A stretch of DNA of 43,080 nucleotides from Candidatus Methylomirabilia bacterium (GTDB taxonomy: Bacteria; Methylomirabilota; Methylomirabilia; Rokubacteriales; CSP1-6). The DNA lies in contig JBGQHJ010000023.1 in assembly GCA_041497895.1 (NCBI GenBank), positions 1 through 43,080 of the forward strand, read 5' to 3'. This document shows positions 27,230 through 37,100 of the stretch, piece after piece; the stretch's first letter is position 1, and each line of letters begins with the position of its first letter. The notes under the pieces were generated by a model. That model saw only the letters and a list, made by a program, of their open reading frames with translations, did no database searches and was not told the origin of the DNA. The translations under genes and the position numbers were made by a program.

Positions 27230-30136
27230 TTATTCCTGCGTCGCGGTGCTGGGGCAGATCTGGTTGTAGGGACAGTAGCGACAGGCCTGGTACTCGGGGG
27301 TCGCCTCGAACTCTCGCTGCCGGATGCCGCGCGCCGCCTCCCGGATGGCGTCACGCGCGGCCACCAGGTCGTCGAGGGTGGGGGTGTGCCGCCCGGTGAG
27401 CCCGGATTCGAGGAAGCGCAGCTCCACCCGCGCGGGAAGGCGCCCGGTCATCTCGTGCTGGGCGAGCGCGTAGATCTTGAGCTGGAGGCTCTCCTTCGCG
27501 CGCTGGTCAGCCTTCTTCTGGTCGGTCACGTCGCTCGACTTGTAGTCGACGATCACGAGGCCCTCGGGGGTCTCGTCGACCCGGTCGAAGCGCCCGCGGA
27601 CCCGGTCGAGGCCGAGATTGAACCCGAACTCCCGCTCCACGTCGGTGGGCTTCTGGCCGGAGGCCTCCTCCTCGTGGTAGAAGCGCGTCAGCGCCGCCAC
27701 TCCCGCCCGCTTCCGCTGCTCCTCGTGCTCGCGGGTGAGGAAGCCCTCGTTCCGCCACGCGTTGTCGAACGCGAGCAGGAAATCCTCGAGCGAGGTGTAG
27801 TTGCCGGCCGCGCGGCGGCGCAGGTAGAACTCGACCGCGTTGTGGAGCGCGCTGCCGTAGACCACCGAGTGGTGCTGCCGCAGCGGGATCCGCAGGATGT
27901 GGATGTACTGGTACTTGAGCGGGCAGGTCTCGTAGTCGTCCACCTGCCGGTGGCTGATCGCGAGCGGCTCGTCGTCCGCGATCGGGGCGAGGGCGAGGCC
28001 GACCGCTTCGGGGGGCGGGGCCAGCCGCCGCAGCTGCTCGATGGCCTGGGCCCGGAAGGGCCGCGCCGCGTCCTTGGGCAGGTCGAGAGCTTCCAGGACG
28101 AACTGGCTCACCTTCCACTTGCGCTTGCCGCCGAGGTCCTCCGCGCTGGTGAGGTAGAGCCGCTCCTTGGCGCGGGTCATGCCCACGTAGAACAGGCGGC
28201 GCTCCTCCTGCTCGTGGAAATCGCCGGTGGGCAGGGTGTCCTTGATCAGCTCGGCGGGGATCTCGACCGGGTCGGACCGGCGGGTGGACGGGAACCGGTT
28301 CTGCATGCAGTCCACCATGAACACGACGGGCCACTCGAGACCCTTGGCCTTGTGCACGGTGAGCACGTGGACCGCCGGGGTCTCGGTGTCGGCCTCGGCC
28401 ACCGCGGGATCGTCGCCCGCCTCGATCAGCGCGTCCAGGTGATTCACGAACTCGCGCACATTGTCGTACTTGAGGACGCGCGCCGCGTCCTTGACGCGGG
28501 TGAAGAACTTGCTGACGTTCTGCACTTCCTGCTCGAGCTCGGCGGGGGCCTTCGCGTAGCGGGTCATGAGCCCCGAGTCGACCAGGAACTGGTAGAGCAC
28601 CTCGCCGGTCGGGTGCTCGCGGGCCAGCTCCATGTAGCGCTGAAGGTCCGCCACGAGCCGGGCCACCGCGCCCGCGCCCTCCTCGGTGATCGCGACCTCC
28701 TCGGGCACCGCGCGCAGGACGTCGAAGAGCCAGCGGTGCTTGCGGTCGGCGTAGGTCGCGCACTTGGTGAGGTCGACGATCGGCACCTGGTAGACGTCGG
28801 AGGAGGCCAGGTAGTGCAGACTCACCGAGTCGTCCGGGTGGGCCACCGATCGCAGGAACGCGATGAGGAGGCGCACCTCCGGCCGGCCGTAGAGGCCCGC
28901 GTTGCCCGAGAAGGTCCACGGGATGCCGCGCATGTTGAGCGCGCGGAGGTAGTGGTCGGCGTCGTTGTTGACCCGCACCAGCACCGCGAAGTCCCGGAAC
29001 GGCCGGCCCCGCTCGTGCTCCTCCCGGATCATCTCGGCCACCTGGTCCGACTCGGTGGAGACGGTGTCGAAGGCCAGGTGCTCGGGCGCCTCCCCTTTCC
29101 CGACGGTGGAGATCAGGCGCTTGTCGATCTTCTGCGCCACCTCGAGCCGATCCGGGTTGTTGTGCTGGATCAGCCGGTAGGCCGCGTCGAGCACCGCCTG
29201 GGGCGAGCGGCGGTTCTCCTGCAGCACCACCTGGCGCGCGTCCGGATAGGCGCGGTCGAAGGCGAGGATGTTGCTCATCGACGCGCCGCGGAACCGAAAG
29301 ATGGCCTGGTCGTCGTCGCCGACCACCGCCACGTTGCGCTGCCGGGCCGCCAGGAGCTTGACCAGCTCGAACTGCGCGTAGTTGGTGTCCTGGAACTCGT
29401 CGACGAGGATGTGCTTGTAGCGCTCCTGGTGCCGGCGCAGCACGTGCGGGCGCGTCCGGAAGAGGCGCAGGGCCTCCACGATCTGGTCGCCGAAGTCGAT
29501 CTGGCCCAGGCGGGCCATCAGGGTCTGGTACTGGGCGTAGGTGCGCGCCAGCTCCAGGTGCTGCTCGGCGTGGAGTCGCGTCTCGTCATCGGTCGCTCGG
29601 GCGAGGAGCCCCTCGGCGAGGATCAGGTACTCGTCGGGGCCCACGTCCTCGTCCTTGAGCCGGCTGAACTGGGTAAGGATCGCCTGCAGATGGCGGGTGG
29701 GATCGCCGAGCGGCCGGTAGTGCTTGAGCGGGAACTCGAAGAGGTGATCGCGCAGGAAGATGACCTGCTCGGCCCGCGTGAGCACCCGGAAGTCGGGGGT
29801 GAGCCCCAGCTCGAGCGCGTTCTCCTTGATCAGCCGGTCGCCGAAGGCGTGGAAGGTGGAGATCTGCACGTCGGCGTAGCCGTAGGGCACGAGCGTGTCG
29901 ACGCGCTCTTCCATCTCCGCCGCCGCCTTGTCGGTGAACGTGAGCGCGAGGATCTCGGAAGGTCGCGCCCGGCGAGTGGCGATGAGGTAGGCGATGCGCC
30001 GGGTGATGACGGTGGTCTTGCCGGTGCCGGCACCCGCGATGATGAGCAGCGGGCCGGTCTCGTGAGTGACTGCGGCGGCCTGGGGCGGGTTCAGCCCCTC
30101 GAGGATGCGCTCGGCGCCCCGCGCCGCGTCGGCCAT
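27230..30136 (-). CDS. UvrD/PcrA-type SF1 helicase fused to a C-terminal PD-(D/E)xK (RecB/Cas4-like) nuclease, AdnA/B-like
   Basis: AGAGTGKT, TFTDKAA, VDEFQDTN, VGDDDQAIFRFRGA, TVHKAKGLE, EERRLFYVGMTRA. Nuclease GRFDRVD...VDYK...QLKIYA with Cys set C(PLKY)...CRYC...C. Confidence 0.93.
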   Translation of the reverse strand: MADAARGAERILEGLNPPQAAAVTHETGPLLIIAGAGTGKTTVITRRIAYLIATRRARPSEILALTFTDKAAAEMEERVDTLVPYGYADVQISTFHAFGDRLIKENALELGLTPDFRVLTRAEQVIFLRDHLFEFPLKHYRPLGDPTRHLQAILTQFSRLKDEDVGPDEYLILAEGLLARATDDETRLHAEQHLELARTYAQYQTLMARLGQIDFGDQIVEALRLFRTRPHVLRRHQERYKHILVDEFQDTNYAQFELVKLLAARQRNVAVVGDDDQAIFRFRGASMSNILAFDRAYPDARQVVLQENRRSPQAVLDAAYRLIQHNNPDRLEVAQKIDKRLISTVGKGEAPEHLAFDTVSTESDQVAEMIREEHERGRPFRDFAVLVRVNNDADHYLRALNMRGIPWTFSGNAGLYGRPEVRLLIAFLRSVAHPDDSVSLHYLASSDVYQVPIVDLTKCATYADRKHRWLFDVLRAVPEEVAITEEGAGAVARLVADLQRYMELAREHPTGEVLYQFLVDSGLMTRYAKAPAELEQEVQNVSKFFTRVKDAARVLKYDNVREFVNHLDALIEAGDDPAVAEADTETPAVHVLTVHKAKGLEWPVVFMVDCMQNRFPSTRRSDPVEIPAELIKDTLPTGDFHEQEERRLFYVGMTRAKERLYLTSAEDLGGKRKWKVSQFVLEALDLPKDAARPFRAQAIEQLRRLAPPPEAVGLALAPIADDEPLAISHRQVDDYETCPLKYQYIHILRIPLRQHHSVVYGSALHNAVEFYLRRRAAGNYTSLEDFLLAFDNAWRNEGFLTREHEEQRKRAGVAALTRFYHEEEASGQKPTDVEREFGFNLGLDRVRGRFDRVDETPEGLVIVDYKSSDVTDQKKADQRAKESLQLKIYALAQHEMTGRLPARVELRFLESGLTGRHTPTLDDLVAARDAIREAARGIRQREFEATPEYQACRYCPYNQICPSTATQE

Positions 30137-30155
30137 CAGCGCAGACTATACCACC

Positions 30156-31031
30156 CTAGGGAACCACGAGAGACAGCGCGGCCGGCACGCAGTCGAAGCT
30201 GACCGGCAGCCGGCCGAGCAGCTCGCCGTCGACGTGGACCAGCCGGTTGTCGGGCCCGTGGGCGACCGCCCGCCGCGTCTTCACGTAGCTCACGCCGGGC
30301 ATGCCCAGGTGCGAGCCGCTGAACGCGGCGGCCAGGTAGCGGGCGAAGCGGTGGCGCTGTGTCGAGTCGAACAGGCACAGGTCGAGCAGGTCGTCGTCCA
30401 TGCTCGCCTCGGGCGCGAAGCGGAGCCCGCCGCCGTAGGAGGCCGCGTTGGCCACCACCGCGAAGGTGGCGCGGTGCCGGCCGCCCTCCGTCTCCACCGT
30501 GAAGGGCACCGGGTTCCAGTCGGTGAGCTGGCGCAGGCCGGCCATCCAGTAGGCGCCCTCGCCGGTCAGGCGCTTGAGCCCCGGATGGACCGAGCGCAGC
30601 ATGTCGGCGTCGAGGCCCACCCCCGCCATCAGCAGGAAGTACCGCTCGCCCGCGCGACCGACCGACACGCGCCGAATCGCGCCAGCCGCGATGACGCGGG
30701 CCACGAGGTCCAGGCTCCCGGGGAGCGCGAGCTCGCGCGCGAGGACGTTGGACGTCCCGCCGGGCCACACCGCCAGTGGCGTGGACGTGCCGACCAGCGC
30801 CTGGATGGCTTCGTTGACGGTCCCGTCGCCGCCGTGGACGATCACGAGGTCGACGTGGGCCGCCACCGCCTCCGCGGTGAGCCGCGTGGCGTCGGCGGGC
30901 GCGGTGGTGATCCGGGGCGTGACCGCGATGTCGTACCGGCGCAGGGCGTCGACCATCCGGGTGATCGAGTGAAACCGATCGCGCTGCTGACCGGAGCCGG
31001 GATTGTGGACGAGGACCGCGGAGCGCGCCAC
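30156..31031 (-). CDS. Diacylglycerol/lipid kinase family protein (YegS/DgkB-like)
   Basis: GTG 31031; HNPGSG, GGDGTVNE, PGGTSNVLAREL, YGGG, VDGE. Confidence 0.9.
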   Translation of the reverse strand: MARSAVLVHNPGSGQQRDRFHSITRMVDALRRYDIAVTPRITTAPADATRLTAEAVAAHVDLVIVHGGDGTVNEAIQALVGTSTPLAVWPGGTSNVLARELALPGSLDLVARVIAAGAIRRVSVGRAGERYFLLMAGVGLDADMLRSVHPGLKRLTGEGAYWMAGLRQLTDWNPVPFTVETEGGRHRATFAVVANAASYGGGLRFAPEASMDDDLLDLCLFDSTQRHRFARYLAAAFSGSHLGMPGVSYVKTRRAVAHGPDNRLVHVDGELLGRLPVSFDCVPAALSLVVP

Positions 31032-31039
31032 GGGCCGGA

Positions 31040-32020
31040 CTAGCGTCTGATCTCGGTACTGTCCGTGGCCAGCAGCTCCTCGAGCTCCGCCCGGGATACG
31101 AGCGGCACGTCTCCCCAGATGGTGCACTTCAGTGCCGCGAGCGCGGTGGCCGCGTCCACGGCCTGCTGGGCGTCCCGGCCGATCAAGGTGGCCCAGAGGA
31201 ACCCGGCGGCGAAGGCGTCGCCCGCGCCCACCCGATCCACCACCGACACCAGGTAGCGCCGGGACGGGCGGTGGATCCGGCCCGCGGTCAGCACCGCCGA
31301 GCCGGCCTCGCCGAGCGTGAGCGCGATGGTGGCCGCGGGCGCGAGCGGGTGAAGTCCTTCGAGCACGCGCTCCGGTGAGCCCTCCAGCTCGAACACGGTG
31401 GCCGCGTCGTCGGCTCCTATGAAGAGATAGCGCACGCGCGGGAGGATCTCGGCCAGGAAGTCCCGCGCCTCCTTCGGGCTCCACAGACGCGAGCGATAGT
31501 TGACGTCGAAGGATACCGGCACGCCCGCGCCGTCCGCCTCGGCGATGGCGCGGCGCACGACGTCACGAACGTTGCTCCCCATCGCCGCGGTCACCCCGGT
31601 GAGGTGAACGAGGCGCGCGTCGCGGACCAGCGCCCAGTCCACGTCCTCGGCCACCAGACGGCTGAACGCGGAATCCCGCCGGTCGTAGAGGATCCTCACC
31701 GGGCGCGGGGCCATGCCGTACTCGATGAAGTAGAGCCCCATCCGCTGACCGGGGCGTCGGAGGATTCCACGACAATCCACCCCGTGGCCGGTGAGCTCGC
31801 GCACGGTGCGATCGCCCCAGGCGTGCTCGGCCGGCAGCACCGAGATGACCGCGGTCCGCAGGCCGAGCCGCGCGCAGGCGGCCGCCACGTTGGCCTCGGT
31901 GCCGCCGATCTGCACGTCCAGATCCGACGCCTGCTCGAGGCGCTGCGGCGGGCGCGCGGCGAGCCGCAGCATCACCTCGCCCAGCCCGATCAGGTCGTGC
32001 TGGGCCCCCGGCTGGTTCAC
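31040..32020 (-). CDS. kdgK: PfkB family sugar kinase, 2-keto-3-deoxygluconate kinase-like
   Basis: GEVMLRL, GGTEANVA, YDRRDSAF, FDVNYRSRLW, DRVGAGDAFAAG; GTGA overlap with the upstream gene. Confidence 0.85.
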   Translation of the reverse strand: MNQPGAQHDLIGLGEVMLRLAARPPQRLEQASDLDVQIGGTEANVAAACARLGLRTAVISVLPAEHAWGDRTVRELTGHGVDCRGILRRPGQRMGLYFIEYGMAPRPVRILYDRRDSAFSRLVAEDVDWALVRDARLVHLTGVTAAMGSNVRDVVRRAIAEADGAGVPVSFDVNYRSRLWSPKEARDFLAEILPRVRYLFIGADDAATVFELEGSPERVLEGLHPLAPAATIALTLGEAGSAVLTAGRIHRPSRRYLVSVVDRVGAGDAFAAGFLWATLIGRDAQQAVDAATALAALKCTIWGDVPLVSRAELEELLATDSTEIRR

Positions 32021-32832
32021 ACGTTGCCCGTGACGCGTACCGAGAGGGTCGTGCCCAGGATGAGGGTGGATTGCACCGACTCGAGCTGCCGGTCCGGCGC
32101 GAAGGTGACCCGGGCCGGCGCGTCCGGGCGCGCCCACGAGGAGAAGCGCGTGATGTCGACCAGCGCGGTCAGCCGACCCGTCGGCCCATCGGGGCTCGGG
32201 CGGAAGCGAAGCGGGACCAGCTCGGCCCGGTAGCCGTCGGGCGAGACGTCGTCGGGGCCTTCGTTGTCGGCGCGGGCCCTTCGCATGATCCACGTGGAGT
32301 ACGTCCCGTCGCTGTCGCGGTCGAGCGTGTTGGCCGCGAAGTTGAGCTCGGCCGAGATCAGATCGTCCACGTGGCGCCCGGCCGGCAGCACCAGGGTGTC
32401 GTCGACCTGGCGCCGCCGGCCCAGCAGCAAGGTGTGGGTCACTGCGTGGAGCTCGACCCGCTGCCGGTCGTAGTCGTAGCTGGTCGCGACCGTGTTCTCC
32501 CGGCCCCGGAACAGGTGCACGCTGCGCGACTCGAGCGGCTTGAACCGTCCGTCCCGGATGATTCCGGTGGCCTCGGTCCGGGTGCTGATCGCGGTGCCCT
32601 TGCCGTCCATCGTGACGCGGTAGCGGCCGGCACGACGGTCGATCTCCTGGACCACGTTCCCAATCAGAGACAGGGTCAAAAAGTTAAACAAAATGGACAG
32701 ATCAAGCTGGTAGCCGAGGACCCACCGCCCGTCCTCCAGGGCGTCGGCCCGCCGCCGCGCGAGCAGCAGGCTGCCTGGCAGGATCGGCAGGGCGGCCAGC
32801 AGCAGCTGGCGTCGCGTAAACTGGTGCCGCAT
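32017..32832 (-). CDS. Exported beta-rich hypothetical protein with Tat-like signal (DUF3108-like)
   Basis: MRHQFTRRQLLLAALP twin-arginine-like N-terminus; TAGAAT -10 box 8 nt before the ATG. Confidence 0.6.
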   Translation of the reverse strand: MRHQFTRRQLLLAALPILPGSLLLARRRADALEDGRWVLGYQLDLSILFNFLTLSLIGNVVQEIDRRAGRYRVTMDGKGTAISTRTEATGIIRDGRFKPLESRSVHLFRGRENTVATSYDYDRQRVELHAVTHTLLLGRRRQVDDTLVLPAGRHVDDLISAELNFAANTLDRDSDGTYSTWIMRRARADNEGPDDVSPDGYRAELVPLRFRPSPDGPTGRLTALVDITRFSSWARPDAPARVTFAPDRQLESVQSTLILGTTLSVRVTGNV

Positions 32833-32875
32833 ATGGTCGCATTCTACCCGAGGCGGCGACGTCGGGGGATTTGGT

Positions 32876-32904
32876 TTCAGATTGATTTCCTGCTAGGTTA
32901 TAAG
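32876..32904 (+). promoter_or_regulatory. Possible promoter of the ketosynthase-kinase operon
   Basis: AT-rich divergent intergenic region; TTCAGA, 17 nt, TATAAG; AGGGGG RBS before GTG 32948. Confidence 0.3.
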
Positions 32905-32947
32905 TCTATCCCACCTTTACGGACGCACCCTTAGGGGGCACGGTCTA

Positions 32948-34198
32948 GTGAAGAACTCCCGGCGTGTAGTTGTTACTGGGTTGGGCGTCGTCGCCCCCAA
33001 CGGGATCGGCAAGGAAACATTCTGGCGCAATCTCATCGCCGGCAAATCCGCGATCGACTACATCACCGCTTTCGACCCCACTCCCTACCCGTGCCACGTG
33101 GCGGGCGAGATCCGCGACTTCGACCCCAAGGACTTCATGAACGCGCGTAAGGCGAAGGTGATGGGACGCTTCTCGCAATTTGCAGTCGCCGCTACCCGTC
33201 TCGCCTTTGACGACGCGCAGGTCAAGATCACTCCGGAAACCGCACCGAAGACCAGCATCTACTACGGCACGTCTGTGAACGGCGGTGGCGATGTCGCAGC
33301 GGGTGCACTCGAGGGAATCTGGAGGGAAGGTGTTTCCGGAATCAATCCATGGGCGGCTCTTGAGTATCCACCTCATGCGACCTCTAGCTATGTTGCAATC
33401 GAGTTCGGCATTACCGGGCCAGCCCTATCCGTTTCGTCAAACTGCTGCACCGGGATCGACGCAATCAACGAGGGAGTCACGTCCATTCGTGAAGGAACGT
33501 CAACCATGGCGGTGGTTGGCGGGTGTGATGCTCCAATCTTTCCGCTAGCTTTTGGAGCCTTTTGTGCCCTCGGCGCGCTCTCCAAGCGAAACGATGCCCC
33601 CCGGAAGGCTTCGCGCCCTTACGACAACTTGAGAGATGGAATCGTGATCTCAGAAGGGGCAGCCACTCTCATCCTTGAGGATCTTGAGATCGCACGCGAC
33701 CGCGGTGCCCACATCTATGCCGAGATCTTGGGACATGGGTCTGCCAGCGAAGCCATCGGAATGCGAAAAGGGGACCTGTCGGGCAAGCGGATGGCGTCTG
33801 CGATCTCTACTGCTATCCGGCAGGCCGGACTGGCGCCCAACTCCATCGATTATGTCAACGCCCACGGCAGTTCGCTACCCGACTACGATATCTGCGATAC
33901 CAACGCCTTCAAGGAAGCGTTCGGTAGCCACGCGTACCGAATCCCCATTAGTTCCATCAAGTCAATGATCGGACAGCCGATCTCGGCCGCAGGAACACTT
34001 CAGGCGGCCGCCGCATGCCTCTCGATCCAAGACCAAGTAGTTCCACCTACAATCAACCAAGAAGTACCTGATCCGCAGTGCGATCTCGACTACGTACCGA
34101 ACGTCTCACGCACAGCTCGTGTTCGTCACGTCCTCGTCAACGGCCACAGCTTCGGTGGAAGCGTGGCAGCATTGGTCATTGGCCAAGTAGGCCGTTAG
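32948..34198 (+). CDS. Stand-alone FabF/KS-alpha-like beta-ketoacyl synthase with altered active site
   Basis: RRVVVTGLGVVAPNGIG, SSNC166CTG, ASRPYD..RDG.VISEGA, NAH306GSS, SIKSMIGQ343, PPTIN...DPQCDLDYVPN, SFGG. Confidence 0.92.
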   Translation: MKNSRRVVVTGLGVVAPNGIGKETFWRNLIAGKSAIDYITAFDPTPYPCHVAGEIRDFDPKDFMNARKAKVMGRFSQFAVAATRLAFDDAQVKITPETAPKTSIYYGTSVNGGGDVAAGALEGIWREGVSGINPWAALEYPPHATSSYVAIEFGITGPALSVSSNCCTGIDAINEGVTSIREGTSTMAVVGGCDAPIFPLAFGAFCALGALSKRNDAPRKASRPYDNLRDGIVISEGAATLILEDLEIARDRGAHIYAEILGHGSASEAIGMRKGDLSGKRMASAISTAIRQAGLAPNSIDYVNAHGSSLPDYDICDTNAFKEAFGSHAYRIPISSIKSMIGQPISAAGTLQAAAACLSIQDQVVPPTINQEVPDPQCDLDYVPNVSRTARVRHVLVNGHSFGGSVAALVIGQVGR

Positions 34199-37100
34199 CC
34201 GACCTCCGAGACTGTGAGCTTGCAAACCGTCGGCGTCCTGGCCCTCTGTGCGACCCTAGTCACACTCGCTTTGTTCGTCCTGTTTCACAATCGCCACGCC
34301 GCCGAGAACCGCCGCTTCGCACTAGCCGCCCTCGCTATCGCCGGTTGGATTGTCTGCATCTCCTTCGCCTTGGCGTCTCGACAGGTGGATTCGGTCATCA
34401 CCCTCGGTCGCCTGGGCTTCGCCTTTGCGAGCGCGATACCGTTCTCTCTTCTTTGGATGTTCGATGCCTTCTCGGTCACCGTCGGTCGAACCCGAAAGCT
34501 CAAGATTCTGCTGCCCGCAAGCTGTTGTGCTGTCTTTGTGTTGCTCTCTCTCTCTCCATGGATCGTAGCCGGTGCCGTAATCGGGCCAGAACGAGCGAGC
34601 TTTGTATACGGTCCTGCGCACAAACTTTTCGGAATATACTTCCTTCTCTGCTTCGTCCTCGCGTCGTTCACTCTCTGGCTGACCATTCGATCCGCCGCCG
34701 GAGTGAGGAAGCTCCAGCTCCGTTATTTGCTCTTCGGGATCCTATTGGGCGGCGCCGGAGCCATAACAACCAACCTGGTTATCCCTCTGCTCTGGAAGAC
34801 CTCTAGGTACAGTGCGCTAGGGCCCTACTTCTCCCTCCTAGTTGTATCCTTCTCCGCCCACGCGATCATTCGCTATCGCCTCATGGATATCCGCGTTGTG
34901 ATTCGTCAAGGCGTCGTCTATGTTTCTGCAATCTTCGCATCGATTTCCGTGTTCCTCGTCGTTGCCAAGATCTATCAACTGATGTCCGACTTCGACACAA
35001 GCAACATTCCCCTCGCCGATGCCCTGATTCTAGCCACGCTCGTAGCGGTCGTCTTTCAGCCTCTAAAGGCGTGGATCCAGAGGTCCTTCAACCGGTACGT
35101 TTATCGCGAGAAATACGACTTCCAACGCACTCTTCGCGAGGCAAGTCGTCAGCTGAGCAGCACGCTCGATCTTCAATCACTCCTCCAATACCTTTGCGTC
35201 ACGATTGAGGACACATTCAAGGCAGAGGGTGTGACCGTCTACCTTAGAGCGCCCCGCGAGAAGGCCTACGTCGCCCAAAGACTATCTCCGTCCCTAGGCT
35301 GGGCCAGAACCGAGGCTGCTTCTGCCATTCCAGCCCAGTCGGCCGTCGTTGCTTTCATGCAGAAACAGAGGCGGCCTTTTGTTCACGAAGAGGCGATCCG
35401 TGACCCTGAACATCGTTTCGCCGAGGCGGCTGCCGAACTACAAGCTCTTCGCGGCGCCGTCGCATTTCCTCTTTCCGATGAGTACTCGCTCGCCGGGATG
35501 TTGATCGTAGGACCGAAACGATCAGGAGACCCCTACTTCAACGAAGATATCGATCTTCTTTCCACACTCGTCGGTCAAGCTGCTGTCGCCATGAAGAATG
35601 CGCACCTGTACAGCGAAGTCGTTCTTGTAAATGAGTACGTCGACAATATTCTGTCGACCATGGCCAGTGGCGTAATTGCGGTGGATGCGTCCGGCCATGT
35701 CTCCCTCTTCAACCGTGCGGCCGAGCGGTTAACCGGCATGATCTTCAATCGGCGCCTGCACCCTTCTTATACAGAGTTGCCTCCCGCCTTGGCCGAGCCC
35801 CTACGAGGCACCCTGATCGAAGGCAAGGCTTACTCTCAACTTGAGATCTCTATTCAGACACAAGATGGGCTGCTGCTGCCCCTCGTGTGCTCTACCGCTT
35901 CACTCCATGGCAAAGATGGATCCACGCACGGCGCCTTAATCGTCTTCAGCGACCTAACTCGCCTCAAGGAACTTGAGTACGAAAAGCAAAGGGCTGAAAG
36001 GCTGGCCTCGTTCGGCTCTCTCGCATCCGGCGTCGCCCACGAAATCAAGAATCCTCTCGTGGCAATCAGAACATTTGCGGAGCTTCTTCCGGAACGTTTC
36101 TCCGACGTCGACTTCCGTGAAGATTTTTCTAAGGTCGTCGTCCGGGAAATTGATCGCATCGACAATCTTGTCGCGCGTCTTAGAGGCATAGCCAGCGCCC
36201 CACAACAGCAAACTGGCTCAGTGGACGTCCGGCAGCCGATCTCTGACACCCTCAAGCTATTGCGCGGTCAACTCGAACAGAGCCACACTGCAGTTCGCTT
36301 CACTGCCGACGACGATAGTCCGTTTGTCACAATTGATGAATCGCAGCTCAAACAACTATTCCTGAATATCTTCCAGAATGCCCTCGAAGCCATGGGACAA
36401 GGAGGCGATCTGAACATCCGCGTCGCACGAACTCAATCAGCCGGGGTGTCGTGGATCCTGATTGAGGTCACCGATTCAGGCCCTGGGCTACCGGAGTCAG
36501 TTAAGGATCATATCTTCGAGCCGTTCTTCACCACGAAGCCTACGGGCTCAGGTCTCGGGCTTGCGATCTGTCGCAGCATTGTCGATGCCCACAGAGGATC
36601 AATTCGGGCAGAGAACAATCGGGACCAATCCGGCACGACGATCGTAGTTGAACTTCCAGCTGCCGAGGGCGGCGTTGAAGCACTCCAGAGCGTAGCAGCG
36701 ATCAAAGACACATCGTTAAACCCGTCAACAGACATCGGGCTTCACACGGCGGAATGACAACAATAACAGTTAACTGGCTGCTCCTCATGGCTACTGCAGT
36801 CGCCAATCTATGGGTAGGCGTCTACGTCTTTACTCGCGCGCCCAAGGCCCCCCTCAATCGAGCATTTGCGTTCCTTGCTGTCGCCACGAGTTGCTGGGCC
36901 GTTGCTCTGGCAGTCGGCTACCATGTTGACCCCAGATCGACGAACGTCCACCACACCACGGCCATTATCCGATTTGCATTTGCGGCCGGCAGCCTCTTTG
37001 CGGTCTCGTTCCTCCTCTTCATCGACCGATTCGCTTCAATCTCTCCGAGCTCACGCAAGCTCGTCCAATATGCTCTAGTGCCAATTGGGATAGCATTCTG

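Noticed and set aside
27230..27960. Cas4-like nuclease suggesting a CRISPR system
   Set aside because: It is the C-terminal domain of the helicase. No repeat-spacer array or other cas genes are in the window.
32660..32710. Short AT-rich patch inside the Tat-exported gene as a possible island edge
   Set aside because: It encodes a Leu/Phe/Ile-rich stretch and GC-rich sequence resumes on both sides; too short to interpret.
32871..32887. sigma54 -24/-12 promoter (TTGGTTTCAGATTGAT) upstream of the KS
   Set aside because: GG is present but the -12 GC is GA and TGGCAC is poorly matched; too weak to call.
32948..34198. Type II PKS cluster or housekeeping fabF locus
   Set aside because: No ACP, chain-length factor, cyclase or fab genes adjacent, and the active site deviates from FabF.
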